Shown one piece after another: positions 18,819-30,352 of a stretch of 64,000 nt of DNA (the first letter of the stretch is position 1; each line of letters begins with the position of its first letter). Both the position numbers and the translations under genes were made by a program. The DNA is from an uncultured Poribacteria bacterium (GTDB lineage: Bacteria; Poribacteria; WGA-4E; WGA-3G), in assembly GCA_951812525.1 (NCBI GenBank), contig OX638316.1, positions 2,472,506-2,536,505 on the forward strand, written 5' to 3'. The notes under the pieces were generated by a model. The model was given only the letters and a program-made list of their open reading frames with translations. It was not told the origin of the DNA and searched no databases.

Positions 18819-19607
18819 TTGAAAAAGGGAATATGTATCGGCTCATTACCTGGTGGTTCAACCGAAGCGCGGTTCAAACTCGCGAAAGAGGCTGGGTTTG
18901 ACGGCGTTGAAATCGGCACCCTTGAGGATGATGCCGACCGGATTCAAACAAAGCAGATCGCAACACAATACCAATTGGAAGTATTCAGCGTGATGAATAG
19001 TAAACACTGGGCGTGTCCACTTTCTGATTCTGATGACGCAGTTCGTGCCGAATCACGTGCCGGAATGCTTGATTCAGTGGGGACCGCAACAGCTGTCGGC
19101 GCAGACACTGTCTTACTTGTTCCTGCTGTTGTGAATGAGACGACAAGTTATGAAGCGGCGTATGAACGTTCGCAGGCGGAAATTCGTAAACTGATACCTG
19201 ATGCAGCAGATAAAGGGGTCACAATCGCACTCGAGAACGTTTGGAATAAATTTCTGCTCAGTCCAATGGAATTTTGTCAGTATCTTGATGAATTTGAGAG
19301 TGACACAATAACCGCCTATTTTGATGTCGGCAATATAGTCCTCTACGGGTATCCACAACACTGGATCTGTTCTCTCGGAAATCGTATCTCTAAAGTGCAT
19401 GTCAAAGGTTTCAACGCAGAAGAGCGCAGGTTCACCTATCTAATTGAGGACTGCACGATCGATTGGAACGCTGTCATGACTGCACTTGAGGATATAAGTT
19501 ATGACGACTATATAACGGCGGAACTGCCCGTTGATAAAGACAATCCCGATGGCAGGGTGCATGGCATCAGTGATGATATGGACAGAATTATCGCTGGGAA
19601 TGTCTAA
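18819..19607 (+). CDS. Sugar-phosphate isomerase/epimerase (xylose-isomerase-like TIM barrel)
   Basis: GFDGVE, LLVPAVV, ENVWNKFLLSP, YFDVGN, HVK. Confidence 0.88.
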   Translation: MKKGICIGSLPGGSTEARFKLAKEAGFDGVEIGTLEDDADRIQTKQIATQYQLEVFSVMNSKHWACPLSDSDDAVRAESRAGMLDSVGTATAVGADTVLLVPAVVNETTSYEAAYERSQAEIRKLIPDAADKGVTIALENVWNKFLLSPMEFCQYLDEFESDTITAYFDVGNIVLYGYPQHWICSLGNRISKVHVKGFNAEERRFTYLIEDCTIDWNAVMTALEDISYDDYITAELPVDKDNPDGRVHGISDDMDRIIAGNV

Positions 19608-19729
19608 CGAAATTAAGTTGGTTAGATACCTTCTACGCAGCGCACATAGTGAAATTGAACACTGGTGCCTTGTCTTAATTGGAGGACATAGAAACGCTAA
19701 CGCGCTTAAAAGGCGCAGCTACGAAATCA

Positions 19730-20521
19730 ATGGAAATCATTATTCAACCTACCTATGCACAGCTTGTAGCGGTTTCGGCGGAGATTATTCGGGACGCACT
19801 CCTAAAAAAGCCGAATCTCGTCTTGGGACTCGCTACTGGTAGCACGCCGATTGGCCTCTATGAAGCCTTAGCGCGAATGCACAAAACAGACGGACTCGAC
19901 TTTTCAAAGGTGACAACTTTTAACCTTGATGAATACGTCGGGATTCCACCGAACCATCCATATAGTTATCACACTTTCATGGAGACGTATTTTTTTAACG
20001 CCGTCAACATTCCTCCAGAGAACTGCCATATTCCGCAGAGCACTGCAGTAGGACATGAGGGATTCTGCGAGAGATACGAGGCAGCAATAGTAAATGCGGG
20101 TGGTATTGACATTCAGGTGCTCGGTGTTGGAAAGGATGGACATATCGGTTTTAACGAACCAAGTTCTTCGCTCGGCTCTCGGACGCGCATCAAGACGCTC
20201 ACGCAGAGCACCTTGGAGGCAAATGCACCGCATTTCGGTGGCACTGTCGAGGCAGTACCCAAAATGGCGATTACAATGGGCGTAGGCACGATTATGGAAG
20301 CAAAACAGTGCCTGCTGCTGGCAAGCGGGGTATCAAAAGCTGAGGCGATTGCACACGCCGTGGAAGGACCTATTACAGCAGAGGTGCCTGCATCGGTATT
20401 ACAGATGCATCCGAGAACAATTGCGGTAATCGACGATGGAGCGGCATCGCAATTGAAGCGCGTGGATTACTACAAACAGGTTTACGCGAATAAACAGAAA
20501 TTGTTGTCTCAGGAACATTAA
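19730..20521 (+). CDS. nagB: Glucosamine-6-phosphate deaminase
   Basis: LGLATGSTP, TFNLDEYVG, GHIGFNEP, AITMGVGTI, PASVLQMH; start set at ATG 19730. Confidence 0.95.
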   Translation: MEIIIQPTYAQLVAVSAEIIRDALLKKPNLVLGLATGSTPIGLYEALARMHKTDGLDFSKVTTFNLDEYVGIPPNHPYSYHTFMETYFFNAVNIPPENCHIPQSTAVGHEGFCERYEAAIVNAGGIDIQVLGVGKDGHIGFNEPSSSLGSRTRIKTLTQSTLEANAPHFGGTVEAVPKMAITMGVGTIMEAKQCLLLASGVSKAEAIAHAVEGPITAEVPASVLQMHPRTIAVIDDGAASQLKRVDYYKQVYANKQKLLSQEH

Positions 20522-20564
20522 GCCGCGTCTCACACATCTAACACCAAGAAATACATATCTTCTG

Positions 20565-22001
20565 CTACGAATCTTGTTCCTCGGACAAGCCATACTCTTT
20601 TGCTTTGCGCTGGATCGTACGCCGGCTCACCTTGAGTATTTCTGCTGCTTTTGCCTTGTTATTGTCTACGGATTCCAAGGTAGCGCGTAGGGCTTCACGG
20701 TTAATCTCATCAAGCGACATGCCGACTTCTACATTTAAACGTTGATGTCCTTCGATCACATTCACTGGTTCCCAGACATCGGGAACTGCGAGTAAATTTG
20801 AAAACTCTATTCCAGTTGCTTTAAGGATGCGTTCCGGTAGATTAATCTGTTGGATTGTGGATTGGGTTGACATCACAACAAGACCCTCAATGCAGTTTTT
20901 CAATTCACGAACATTTCCGGGCCACTGATATTTCATCAAGGTTCTGATAGCTTCTGGTGAGAGGCTTACCGCAGGTTTGGTGTTTTGTCGACAAAACTCT
21001 TCGAGAAAGTCTTTAACGAGGAGTGGAATATCTTCAATGCGTTCCTGAAGCGTGGGTAGATGAATAGGGACTACGTTAAGCCGGTCGTAGAGGTCGGGGA
21101 GAAACTCACGCCTTTTAGATGATTCCTCCAGATCGTGGTTCGTGGCACATACAATTCGGACATCAACTTGAATCGTTTTATCGCCACCGACGCGCTCAAA
21201 TTCGCGTTCTTCTAGGACGCGCAAGAGGCGTGCTTGATTGGATAAACTCAGTTGCGAGACCTCATCAAGAAACAAAGTCCCTCCATGTGCAAGTTCAAAT
21301 CTTCCTTTGCGCTGATAATATGCCCCGCTAAATGCCCCACGTTCATGGCCAAACAGTTCGGATTCTGCTAGGTTTTCGTTCAGCGTTGCACAATTAAATG
21401 CTATGAGAGGACCGTGCCTCAAACTTCGGTGGTGAATCGCCCGAGCAACTAATTCCTTCCCTGTGCCACGTGCACCGTAAATCATCACTGTCGCTTTTGT
21501 TGGCGCGATTTGGGCAATCATTTCGCGAATTCTGGTGATTTCGGGCGACTTGCCCGTTAGGCGTCGTAAACCTTCATTTTCATCTATTTGTAATTGTAGC
21601 TGCCGATTTTCAAAAGTGAGACGTTGATTCTCGAGCGTTCTGTGCAAGAGTGCCTCCAGATGAACAGGATTAACTGGCTTTGGCAGGAAATAGGTATCTT
21701 TATAGGCAAGCATGGCTTTGATACCTATGTCCGTTTCTAAGATATTTGGTTCTGTAATAAAAATCACACCTACATCTGGATGATGCTTTGCTGCTGCCTC
21801 CAACAACGCCAATCCATCAACCCGTCTTGCTTTCAACTGAGCAATAAGGATATCTACCTTCAGGTGCTCAATCTGATGAAACGCCTGATACATGTTGCCT
21901 GTGACAACGAGACGTAAACCTTTGCCTGCTAATGTTTCACAGACAAGTTCCCGTTCTGCTCGGTCGGCATTTACAATAAGTACGATTTTCTGAGCGTCCA
22001 T
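20565..22001 (-). CDS. sigma54-dependent transcriptional activator (REC-like + AAA+ + Fis HTH)
   Basis: GTGKE Walker A, ESELFGHERGAFSGA, LFLDEV, WPGNVREL, C-terminal HTH; receiver domain degenerate. Confidence 0.93.
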   Translation of the reverse strand: MDAQKIVLIVNADRAERELVCETLAGKGLRLVVTGNMYQAFHQIEHLKVDILIAQLKARRVDGLALLEAAAKHHPDVGVIFITEPNILETDIGIKAMLAYKDTYFLPKPVNPVHLEALLHRTLENQRLTFENRQLQLQIDENEGLRRLTGKSPEITRIREMIAQIAPTKATVMIYGARGTGKELVARAIHHRSLRHGPLIAFNCATLNENLAESELFGHERGAFSGAYYQRKGRFELAHGGTLFLDEVSQLSLSNQARLLRVLEEREFERVGGDKTIQVDVRIVCATNHDLEESSKRREFLPDLYDRLNVVPIHLPTLQERIEDIPLLVKDFLEEFCRQNTKPAVSLSPEAIRTLMKYQWPGNVRELKNCIEGLVVMSTQSTIQQINLPERILKATGIEFSNLLAVPDVWEPVNVIEGHQRLNVEVGMSLDEINREALRATLESVDNNKAKAAEILKVSRRTIQRKAKEYGLSEEQDS

Positions 22002-22303
22002 AGTGCGAGCACCTTCTATGATTTCCTGATTACAAATTAGGGTTCTTCATACATAGAACCCTTTTCTTTGACGGTTTTGATGGCGGAGAACACATCACGA
22101 GAGTCGTTCCTTTTAGTGTTTAGTGTCCTATCAAAAAGAGGGACTTCTTTTTACCGACGATCCGAAACTGATAACTGAAAATCGAAAGATAATATCCCTA
22201 ATTAATTTGAAAAAAAGTATTGTTTAAAGTTGAGGATTTTGGTAAACTATAAGATTATAACGTGCACAATCAAGAATCTTATTCACAATTTTCGGAGGAA
22301 TGA

Positions 22304-22960
22304 ATGGATAGAAGGCTCAGTTCGCTGTATAGGCTCGGTGGGCTCACTGGCATCTTGAGTGGCTTCCTCATGCTCGCGTCAAGTGTCTGGTTTATTATTG
22401 ATTTATCATCTGTTTTGTCGCTCCCGTCAGAGGAACAGTTTAAACTTATGGGGAGAATTGGAATTTTTCACGGTATAGGTGTTGTCACGCTTATTTTGCT
22501 TATCCCTACCCTATTAGCAAGTTATGGTTTGCTTTCTTCGGAGGCGGGTACACGAAGCATCTTGGGAGCAACTTTTGCCATATCGTGGCTTATCATAGAG
22601 TTAATAGCCCACTGTTCACAAACTGCGCCGCTGCGTGCCCTATCCGAATTGGCAAGTAAGTCTGCCACTGTTTCAATTGGAACATCGTTCTATACGCTCT
22701 GGGCGGAATGGGGAGAAGCCCTCTTTATGACCGGTGCTTTCCTGTGTATACTATTAGCAATCTGCTATGGTTCGGCACTCGGTTCATGGGGAAATCCGGT
22801 TGCTTCGTATCTGTTCTTTATTTGCGCAATTGCTTTTCCAATCGGGGTCATCCTGTTTGACTTCGGTATACAATTGCATGTTCTCACCCGTGGCATTGCG
22901 TTTTTGTTTCTTGGCGGCATTCTTATGCAGGCACCCACAGACGGAGAAGAACTGCAGTAG
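22304..22960 (+). CDS. Integral membrane protein of unknown function
   Basis: GGAGG RBS; about 6 hydrophobic segments. Confidence 0.7.
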   Translation: MDRRLSSLYRLGGLTGILSGFLMLASSVWFIIDLSSVLSLPSEEQFKLMGRIGIFHGIGVVTLILLIPTLLASYGLLSSEAGTRSILGATFAISWLIIELIAHCSQTAPLRALSELASKSATVSIGTSFYTLWAEWGEALFMTGAFLCILLAICYGSALGSWGNPVASYLFFICAIAFPIGVILFDFGIQLHVLTRGIAFLFLGGILMQAPTDGEELQ

Positions 22961-23026
22961 CATTGGCTTATCTCTTCACTGTCCTCTGCTTCTTAGCCGA
23001 GAAGTTTAACAGGGGTGAAGATTATG

Positions 23027-23800
23027 CTACGCTTCGTCTTCATTTAGTAGTCTTTCTAATTCTGCCAAGATGTCCTCTTCATCGCTTTCTGCTTCGGCAT
23101 CCTCTGCCTCATCAAGTGCTTCCAAATCAGAGCGGAACTCTATGAGGTTGCTGAGGTAGCGTTCGCGTGTGATATTTTCTGCTTCGCCGTGCTCCTCGCG
23201 CAAACATTCACCACAAAACTCACCGATCTGTCGAATACCCGTATCTATGTGTTGTAAAGCTGCCGCCGCGTCGTCATCTTGTAAACTCAATTCTGCATTG
23301 GCGATGCTGTGCATCATGAGCATGTATCCTTTATATTGGTAGCTTTGCCAAGCGATGTCCGATGGAGCGCATTGGCGTGCTAAGTTAGTTACAGCAATAT
23401 TAGCAGCAGTATCACGCTGAACGTCTTTCCACCGTTTGATACCTGCGAACAGGAGATAGCGGGTATAACGATGAAAGGATTCCTCAAAGAGAGTTTCCCA
23501 TTCCTCTGCTTCCAATTGGAACTCTTCACGAGTTCCGTGTTGTTCTTCGTGTTCCCGCAATTTCGCGAAAAAGTAATCGTAATAGGAATCCACACCGTGT
23601 GGACGCATACCATCAGGACGACCGGTCGCATAAATCCTTGAGATAGTAAACGCGTTCGGTTGCACGACGATAACCTCCCTGCCATCTTCAATTTTTAGGA
23701 CACTCACCGGACGCTCTGCATCAAGATTCAGCATTTCGAGAATCCGATCAAAGGTCTGAACCCACCGGGTGTTTCTTTGTATAGAGTCGTTGTTTTCCAT
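23027..23800 (-). CDS. Conserved hypothetical protein (GRPDGxRPHG motif, acidic tail)
   Basis: AAGGA RBS; 257-aa ORF downstream of carB on the same strand. Confidence 0.7.
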   Translation of the reverse strand: MENNDSIQRNTRWVQTFDRILEMLNLDAERPVSVLKIEDGREVIVVQPNAFTISRIYATGRPDGMRPHGVDSYYDYFFAKLREHEEQHGTREEFQLEAEEWETLFEESFHRYTRYLLFAGIKRWKDVQRDTAANIAVTNLARQCAPSDIAWQSYQYKGYMLMMHSIANAELSLQDDDAAAALQHIDTGIRQIGEFCGECLREEHGEAENITRERYLSNLIEFRSDLEALDEAEDAEAESDEEDILAELERLLNEDEA

Positions 23801-23893
23801 TTGTCCATCCTTTTTGAATTTTTAACTATGATCGTTTTCGCACGACTTTCTTCCGTTGTCAGAGAATGGGTTTTCGATAACCATAGTTAGAAA

Positions 23894-26800
23894 CTACTGG
23901 AGCATCTGAAAATAATCTTGAAGTGGCGTGACGGTAATATCTCCACGTTGCAAGGCGTCGATAGCATGAACCGCTGCAGCCGCGCCAGGAATAGTTGAGA
24001 AAATCGGAATATCGTGTGTTATTGCCATCTCGCGAATTAAAAGTTCATTCGTGCGGTGCAAGTCCCCAGTCGGCGTATTAATAATCAAATCAACGGCGTG
24101 ATTTTTGATATAGTCATGGATAGTCGGTCTGCCTTTCCCAATACTGAAGACAAGTTCTGACTTCATTCCGTTGCGGAGTAGGACCTTCGCCGTGCCGTGC
24201 GTAGCGATGAGTTCAAAGCCCATATCTGTGAGTTTCTTGGCAATGAAAATGATTGCCCGTTTGTCTTTGTTCCGAACGCTAATGAAAACGCTGCCACCTT
24301 GTGGTAGAGTATAGCCACAAGCCTTTTGTGCTTTTGCAAAGGCGCGGGGAAAGTCTGTATCAATCCCCATTACCTCTCCAGTGGATTTCATTTCAGGTCC
24401 GAGTCGCGTATTTGAACCCGGAAAACGGTTAAACGGAAAAACCGGTGCCTTGACACTGAAATACGCAGGTTCAATCTCACGTGTAAATCCAAGTTCAGCG
24501 AGTGTTTTACCAGCCATTACGCGTGCGGCAAGTTTTGCCAGCGGCACACCAATCGCTTTGCTGACAAACGGGATTGTTCGAGACGCACGTGGGTTTACCT
24601 CAAGCACATAAATCTCATCGTTCTTGATTGCGTACTGAACATTCATCAAGCCGCGCACACGTAGTGCTTTCGCCAAAGCGTAGGTGAAGATTTTTAAATT
24701 TTCGATCTGTTCATCTACGAGCGTGTACGGTGGCAGCACGCAGTCGCTATCTCCTGAATGAATGCCTGCCTCCTCAATGTGCTCCATGATACCGCCGATA
24801 ACAGTACGGTTGCCATCGGATATCGCATCAACGTCGACTTCAATTGCCTCTTCAAGGTATTTGTCGATGAGTACAGGGTGTTCCGGCGAGGCTTGAACGG
24901 CAGAATGCATGTAGTCGTGCAGGAGTTCTTCGTCGTAAACGATTTGCATCGCGCGACCACCTAAAACATAAGACGGACGAACAATAACAGGGTAACCGAG
25001 TGCCGCAGCGATGGGGGCAGCTTCCTCGCTTGATGTCGCCGTTCCGTTAGGTGCTTGCATCAATCCGATTTCATCTAACACCGCTTTAAAGAGTTTCCGA
25101 TCTTCGGAGCGAGCGATGTCTTCAGGACTGGTGCCGATGATGGGGACACCCGCATCTTTAAGTGCTATAGCAAGGTTTAGTGGTGTCTGTCCACCAAATT
25201 GGACAATAACACCGGACGGTTTCTCCTTGTGATAAATATTCAGCACGTCCTCACATGTCAACGGTTCAAAGTAGAGCCGATCGGAGGTATCATAATCAGT
25301 GCTAACGGTTTCCGGATTACTGTTCACCATGATGGTTTCGTAGCCATCGTTTTTGAGTGCGAGAGCAGCATGCACGCAGCAGTAATCGAATTCGATTCCC
25401 TGCCCGATGCGGTTCGGACCGCCACCGAGAATCATGATTTTCGACTTATTAGACGGACGCACCTCATCTTCACTGGAGCAGGTAGAATAATAGTACGGTG
25501 TTTCTGCCTCAAACTCAGCAGCACAAGTGTCAACAGTTTTGAAAGTCGCTTCGATACCGAGACTTTCTCGACCCTCGCGAACAACTGCTTCCGATACGTC
25601 GTAGATGTCCCCTAACTGCCGGTCGGAAAATCCGAATCGTTTTGCTTGTTGCAACAGACTCTTTGTGAGTATTTTATCTGTCTCACCGTTTTGTGATATT
25701 GGGTCTTGCAAGTGCTGACTTACATGTTGTCGTGCATCAGGTTCGGACAAAGTGTCTTCAAAATCGACGATTTCCTTCAAATTGTAGAGGAAAAATGGGT
25801 CAATATGCGTATAAGCATGAATTTCTTCAATGCTCATTCCACGGGCAAGTGCGGCTTTGATGTAAAAGATCCGTTTGACGTTCGGAATGCTCAGTTTACT
25901 CGGAAGTTCAGACAGCGGAAGTTCATCAAGTGGGTGGTTGTCCAATCCAAACCAGCCGGTTTCCAGCGACCGTAACCCTTTCTGTAGTGCCTCTTTAAAA
26001 GTCCTACCGATCGCCATTGCCTCACCGACCGATTTCATCTGTGTTGTGAGGGTCTCATCGGTGCCTTGGAATTTTTCAAATGCCCAGCGCGGAATTTTGA
26101 CGACGACGTAATCAATTGTCGGTTCGAAGCAGGCAGGTGTTTCAGCCGTTATGTCGTTCGGAATTTCGTCTAAATTGTAACCAACAGCCAATTTTGCAGC
26201 GATTTTAGCGATAGGAAATCCAGTGGCTTTTGAGGCAAGTGCCGAGCTACGGGAGACACGAGGATTCATTTCAATGATGACCTGTTTACCCGTCTTTGGG
26301 TCAACAGCAAATTGGATATTCGAGCCGCCAGTGTCAACGCCAATTTCACGGATAATTTTAATCGCCGAGTTCCGCATTAATTGATATTCTTTGTCTGTCA
26401 GCGTCTGGATAGGTGCGACGGTAATGCTATCGCCGGTATGGACTCCCATAGGATCGACGTTTTCAATGGAACATATTATAACCACATTGTCCGCGCCATC
26501 TCGCATGACCTCTAGCTCGAATTCTTTCCAGCCGATGACAGATTCTTCAATAAGCAATTCGCTGATTGGACTTAGGGCGAGACCTGCCACGACCATTTTT
26601 TCGTACTCTTCGATATTGTAAGCAATTCCACCTCCCGTGCCACCGAGCGTAAATGCGGGTCGAATGATTGCGGGAAAGCCAATCTCTTGAACAAGATCGA
26701 GTGCCTCTTGCGCAGAATGCGCAATACCACTCTGAGGAACTTCCAATCCAATTTTCACCATCGCCTCTTTGAAGAGGGCGCGGTCCTCCGCTTTTTGGAT

Positions 26801-27166
26801 GGCTGGCAATTTGGCACCAATGAGTTCAACCCCGTACTTATCTAATACGCCGGATTCCGCGAGTTCCACAGACACGTTCAGGGCGGTTTGCCCACCGAGC
26901 GTCGGTAGCAATGCCTGCGGACGCTCTTTATCAATGACGAGTTCCACCGTATCCGCTGTAATCGGCTCAATGTATGTCTGATCAGCGAAATCCGGATCCG
27001 TCATGATAGTGGCAGGATTGCTATTGACAAGGGTAATTTCATACCCTTCCTCTTTGAGTGCCTTACATGCCTGTGTACCAGAGTAGTCAAACTCGCACGC
27101 TTGGCCAATGATGATCGCACCGGATCCGATAATTAAGATTTTATCTATATCTGTTCGCTTTGGCAT
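23894..27166 (-). CDS. carB: Carbamoyl-phosphate synthase large subunit
   Basis: MPKRTDI..ILIIGSG...[10 protein letters not shown], duplicated ATP-grasp domains, C-terminal MGS domain. Confidence 0.99.
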   Translation of the reverse strand: MPKRTDIDKILIIGSGAIIIGQACEFDYSGTQACKALKEEGYEITLVNSNPATIMTDPDFADQTYIEPITADTVELVIDKERPQALLPTLGGQTALNVSVELAESGVLDKYGVELIGAKLPAIQKAEDRALFKEAMVKIGLEVPQSGIAHSAQEALDLVQEIGFPAIIRPAFTLGGTGGGIAYNIEEYEKMVVAGLALSPISELLIEESVIGWKEFELEVMRDGADNVVIICSIENVDPMGVHTGDSITVAPIQTLTDKEYQLMRNSAIKIIREIGVDTGGSNIQFAVDPKTGKQVIIEMNPRVSRSSALASKATGFPIAKIAAKLAVGYNLDEIPNDITAETPACFEPTIDYVVVKIPRWAFEKFQGTDETLTTQMKSVGEAMAIGRTFKEALQKGLRSLETGWFGLDNHPLDELPLSELPSKLSIPNVKRIFYIKAALARGMSIEEIHAYTHIDPFFLYNLKEIVDFEDTLSEPDARQHVSQHLQDPISQNGETDKILTKSLLQQAKRFGFSDRQLGDIYDVSEAVVREGRESLGIEATFKTVDTCAAEFEAETPYYYSTCSSEDEVRPSNKSKIMILGGGPNRIGQGIEFDYCCVHAALALKNDGYETIMVNSNPETVSTDYDTSDRLYFEPLTCEDVLNIYHKEKPSGVIVQFGGQTPLNLAIALKDAGVPIIGTSPEDIARSEDRKLFKAVLDEIGLMQAPNGTATSSEEAAPIAAALGYPVIVRPSYVLGGRAMQIVYDEELLHDYMHSAVQASPEHPVLIDKYLEEAIEVDVDAISDGNRTVIGGIMEHIEEAGIHSGDSDCVLPPYTLVDEQIENLKIFTYALAKALRVRGLMNVQYAIKNDEIYVLEVNPRASRTIPFVSKAIGVPLAKLAARVMAGKTLAELGFTREIEPAYFSVKAPVFPFNRFPGSNTRLGPEMKSTGEVMGIDTDFPRAFAKAQKACGYTLPQGGSVFISVRNKDKRAIIFIAKKLTDMGFELIATHGTAKVLLRNGMKSELVFSIGKGRPTIHDYIKNHAVDLIINTPTGDLHRTNELLIREMAITHDIPIFSTIPGAAAAVHAIDALQRGDITVTPLQDYFQMLQ

Positions 27167-27234
27167 AATTGATTTTTTGTTATCGTTTATCGGTTTCAGT
27201 TAAGGAATTTTTGTTTATAAGACATTTCTTGTCA

Positions 27235-28335
27235 CTATCGACCATTCTCTCCGTCCATCATTTCCGTAAAGCGCGAAAAGAGATAACTCGCATCGTGCGG
27301 ACCCGGAGATGCCTCCGGATGATACTGCACAGAAAAAATGGGATACTCCCGATGCTGTATCCCTTCAAGTGTGTCGTCATTTAAATTAATGTGCGTAATG
27401 TCAACGCTGTTCGGTAGTGAATCAATATCAACACAGAATCCGTGATTTTGTGAGGTAATCTCAACCCGGTCGGTTTCAAAGTGTTTGACAGGTTGGTTTG
27501 CACCCCGATGACCAAACTTCAGTTTGAACGTTTTCCCGCCCAAGGCAAGCCCCAAAAGTTGGTGCCCCAGACAGATACCAAACAGAGGTTTATTGCCCAT
27601 TAATCCTTGTATCGTCTCAATCGCATAACCGACTGGCATTGGATCTCCTGGACCGTTTGATAGAAACACACCATCCGGTTCCGCAGCGAGAATCTCTTCA
27701 GCGGTTGTTTTCGCTGGCACAACTTGAACTTCACATCCGTGTTTAGTGAGTTGACGCAAGATGTTATATTTAATACCGAAATCGAGGGCGACGACGCGAT
27801 ATTTAGAATGAATATCATTATTTTCTTCGTGCTGCCACGCGTATGGGTTCGGACATGTCACGCGTTGCACCAAATCCCAACCAACCAAACCGTGCCACGC
27901 CTTGGCTTTCGCGACGAGAGACTCAGGATTCAGATCCTCCGTGGAGAGACATCCATTCATAACACCGTGTACTCGGAGCCGTCGGGTGAGTGCGCGGGTA
28001 TCAATCCCTTGAATACCAATGACACTGTGCTCTGCAAGGTAGGCATCTAAACTCCATTTTGAACGCCAATTGCTATAGTACGCGCTGTATTCACGAACTA
28101 CGAATCCCTCCACTTGTGGGCCGATGGATTCAATGTCTGCTTCGTTGCAGCCATAATTGCCGATCAACGGATAGGTCATCGTGATGATTTGTCCTTTGTA
28201 GGACGGGTCGGTTAAAACTTCCTGATAACCCGTCATACTGGTATTAAAGACGACTTCACCGACCGTTTCACCTGTTGCGCCAAACTGCTCGCCCTCAAAA
28301 ACTGTTCCGTCGCTTAATGCTAGGATTGCTTTCAT
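27235..28335 (-). CDS. carA: Carbamoyl-phosphate synthase small subunit
   Basis: [41 protein letters not shown]; ATG 28335 overlaps the pyrC stop. Confidence 0.98.
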   Translation of the reverse strand: MKAILALSDGTVFEGEQFGATGETVGEVVFNTSMTGYQEVLTDPSYKGQIITMTYPLIGNYGCNEADIESIGPQVEGFVVREYSAYYSNWRSKWSLDAYLAEHSVIGIQGIDTRALTRRLRVHGVMNGCLSTEDLNPESLVAKAKAWHGLVGWDLVQRVTCPNPYAWQHEENNDIHSKYRVVALDFGIKYNILRQLTKHGCEVQVVPAKTTAEEILAAEPDGVFLSNGPGDPMPVGYAIETIQGLMGNKPLFGICLGHQLLGLALGGKTFKLKFGHRGANQPVKHFETDRVEITSQNHGFCVDIDSLPNSVDITHINLNDDTLEGIQHREYPIFSVQYHPEASPGPHDASYLFSRFTEMMDGENGR

Positions 28336-29609
28336 ATTTTCTTTCCCTCCCGAAGTGTAATCGTCTGCCAGCCTTTTAGTTCCCATCCTGCGAAAGGGGT
28401 GTTTTGACTTTTTGAACGAGATTTTGTTACATCAACTCGATTAACAGAGTCAATATCAATGACAGTGACATCTCCAACTGCCCCAACGGACAGTGTGCCG
28501 CGATTGATGCCAAGTATATCTGCTGGAATTGAAGTCATTTTCGCAATCGCTTCCGCCAACGTGAGATGTCCGGGCTGAACAAGGTATGTAAACACAAGTG
28601 GTAGACACGTCTCCGAGCCGATAATTCCGTTAGGAGCGTCGAGCATACCTTCTGCTTTTTCAAAAGGCGCGTGCGGCGCGTGATCGGTCGCTATTGCGTC
28701 AATCGTCCCGTCACACAAACCCTCGATGACGGCATCAATATCGGTCTGTGTGCGTAAGGGTGGATGCATCCTTGCATTCGTTCCTTGCTTCTCTACTTCT
28801 GTATCGGTGAGGATCCAGTGGTGTGGACATACCTCAGCAGTCACGTGAATACCTCGTTTTTTTCCTTGGCGTATCAACTCCACGGCACCCGCTGTACTGA
28901 CATGGAGCACGTGGAGATGTCCACCTGTCATTTCCGCTAACATAATATCGCGTGCCACGATGATGTCTTCTGCCGCATTTGGGCTACCAATGAGACCTAA
29001 TTTTCGAGAAGTCTCTCCCAAATTCATGACAGCACCCGCATTGAGATTATGCTCTTCGCAATGAACCATGATTGGAAAATTAAGTTCTGCGCTCAATGAG
29101 AGGGCATCGCGCATAAGAGCAGCATTCATGACGGTAACACCATCATCACTGAAGCCGACCGCACCGGCGGCACGCATCCCACGCATATCTGTAAGTTCAT
29201 TACCAGCAAGACCCTTAGTGATACTGCCGAAAGGGAATACATTCGTCTGTGCAGTCTCGCGAGCAATGTCGTAAATCTGCTCAATCTTTTCAGGTGTGTC
29301 TATCACAGGTGACGTGTTTGCCATACAGGCAACCGATGTGAATCCACCTGCTGCTGCCGCCGCCGTACCAGTAGCAATCGTCTCTTTATGTTCAAACCCG
29401 GGTTCACGGAGATGGACATGCATATCAATCAAGCCCGGCGTAACAATCAAACCTGTTGCCTCATATACATCGACAGTGTGAGACTCTGGGAACTTTTCCT
29501 TACCACCGACTCGAGCAATTCTGCCATCAGCAATAAAGAGATCACCGACTTCATCAATGTTATTGGCTGGATCGATGATATGTCCGCCAACGATAAACGG
29601 GTCGTTCAT
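28332..29609 (-). CDS. pyrC: Dihydroorotase (type I)
   Basis: [35 protein letters not shown]. Confidence 0.95.
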   Translation of the reverse strand: MNDPFIVGGHIIDPANNIDEVGDLFIADGRIARVGGKEKFPESHTVDVYEATGLIVTPGLIDMHVHLREPGFEHKETIATGTAAAAAGGFTSVACMANTSPVIDTPEKIEQIYDIARETAQTNVFPFGSITKGLAGNELTDMRGMRAAGAVGFSDDGVTVMNAALMRDALSLSAELNFPIMVHCEEHNLNAGAVMNLGETSRKLGLIGSPNAAEDIIVARDIMLAEMTGGHLHVLHVSTAGAVELIRQGKKRGIHVTAEVCPHHWILTDTEVEKQGTNARMHPPLRTQTDIDAVIEGLCDGTIDAIATDHAPHAPFEKAEGMLDAPNGIIGSETCLPLVFTYLVQPGHLTLAEAIAKMTSIPADILGINRGTLSVGAVGDVTVIDIDSVNRVDVTKSRSKSQNTPFAGWELKGWQTITLREGKKI

Positions 29610-30160
29610 TCATCCTCTCTTTCATAAATCGTCGCTGAGTCTATTCCACCTTCTTCGGCAAGCTGCACCCGAACAAATTCTCTGTGGGAGGTAGGTACGT
29701 TTTTGCCCACGTAATCAGCCGCGATTGGCAATTCGCGATGTCCTCTGTCGATCAGCGTGGCTAATTGAATTGCTGCAGGTCTGCCGAAGTCCATCAGCGC
29801 ATCCATCGCAGCACGAACTGTGCGTCCTGTATAGAGAACTTCGTCTACTAAGATGACCCATTTACCGGTAATATTAAAGGGAAGTTCGGTGCTGTTAACT
29901 TGGATCTGAGTTTCGTGGAGATTGATATCGTCGCGATAGAGTGTGACATCAATGGCACCGACATCGACTTCACTGTTTTCGATCCGTTCGAGATTTTCGG
30001 CAATACGATGGGCGATAAAGTCGCCTCGACTTTTAACACCAACGAGCACGAGATCTCCGATGTGCTTATGATTCTGCTCTAAAATTTCATGAGCGATTCT
30101 CTGCAGGGAGCGACGAATTTCTTCAGCGTTCATGACTTGTGCTTTTTCGCGCATTTCCAT
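29606..30160 (-). CDS. pyrR: Pyrimidine operon attenuation regulator / UPRTase
   Basis: RIAHEILE, LYRDD, LVDEVLYTGRTVRAA, DRGHRELPI..DYVGKN.PT. Confidence 0.96.
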   Translation of the reverse strand: MEMREKAQVMNAEEIRRSLQRIAHEILEQNHKHIGDLVLVGVKSRGDFIAHRIAENLERIENSEVDVGAIDVTLYRDDINLHETQIQVNSTELPFNITGKWVILVDEVLYTGRTVRAAMDALMDFGRPAAIQLATLIDRGHRELPIAADYVGKNVPTSHREFVRVQLAEEGGIDSATIYEREDE

Positions 30161-30193
30161 TTCTTTATCCTGTGCAGTTTATGAGATTTTATT

Positions 30194-30234
30194 AAAAAAC
30201 AAAAGCCCTTCCCGTTTGATGTAACGAGAAAGGC
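30194..30234 (-). terminator. Attenuator terminator of the pyr leader
   Basis: Minus strand GCCTTTCTCGTT-ACATC-AAACGGGAAGGGC followed by TTTTGTTTTTT, ~35 nt before pyrR. Confidence 0.85.
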
Positions 30235-30284
30235 ACCATCCAATCGATTCCGATTTACAATTTCTGTTCAAATTCCGCTCTTGC

Positions 30285-30322
30285 ATCCTTTTTTCAACCT
30301 CGCTGGATTGGATTAAAAAGGT
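30285..30322 (-). promoter_or_regulatory. PyrR-binding loop (anti-antiterminator RNA element)
   Basis: Minus strand CCUUUUUAAUCC-AAUCCAGCGAGGUUG-AAAAAAGGA contains the ARUCCNGNGAGGYU consensus and the UUUAA motif. Confidence 0.88.
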
Positions 30323-30352
30323 TTTTTGACATCAACACTCTACTGCTTAGAT

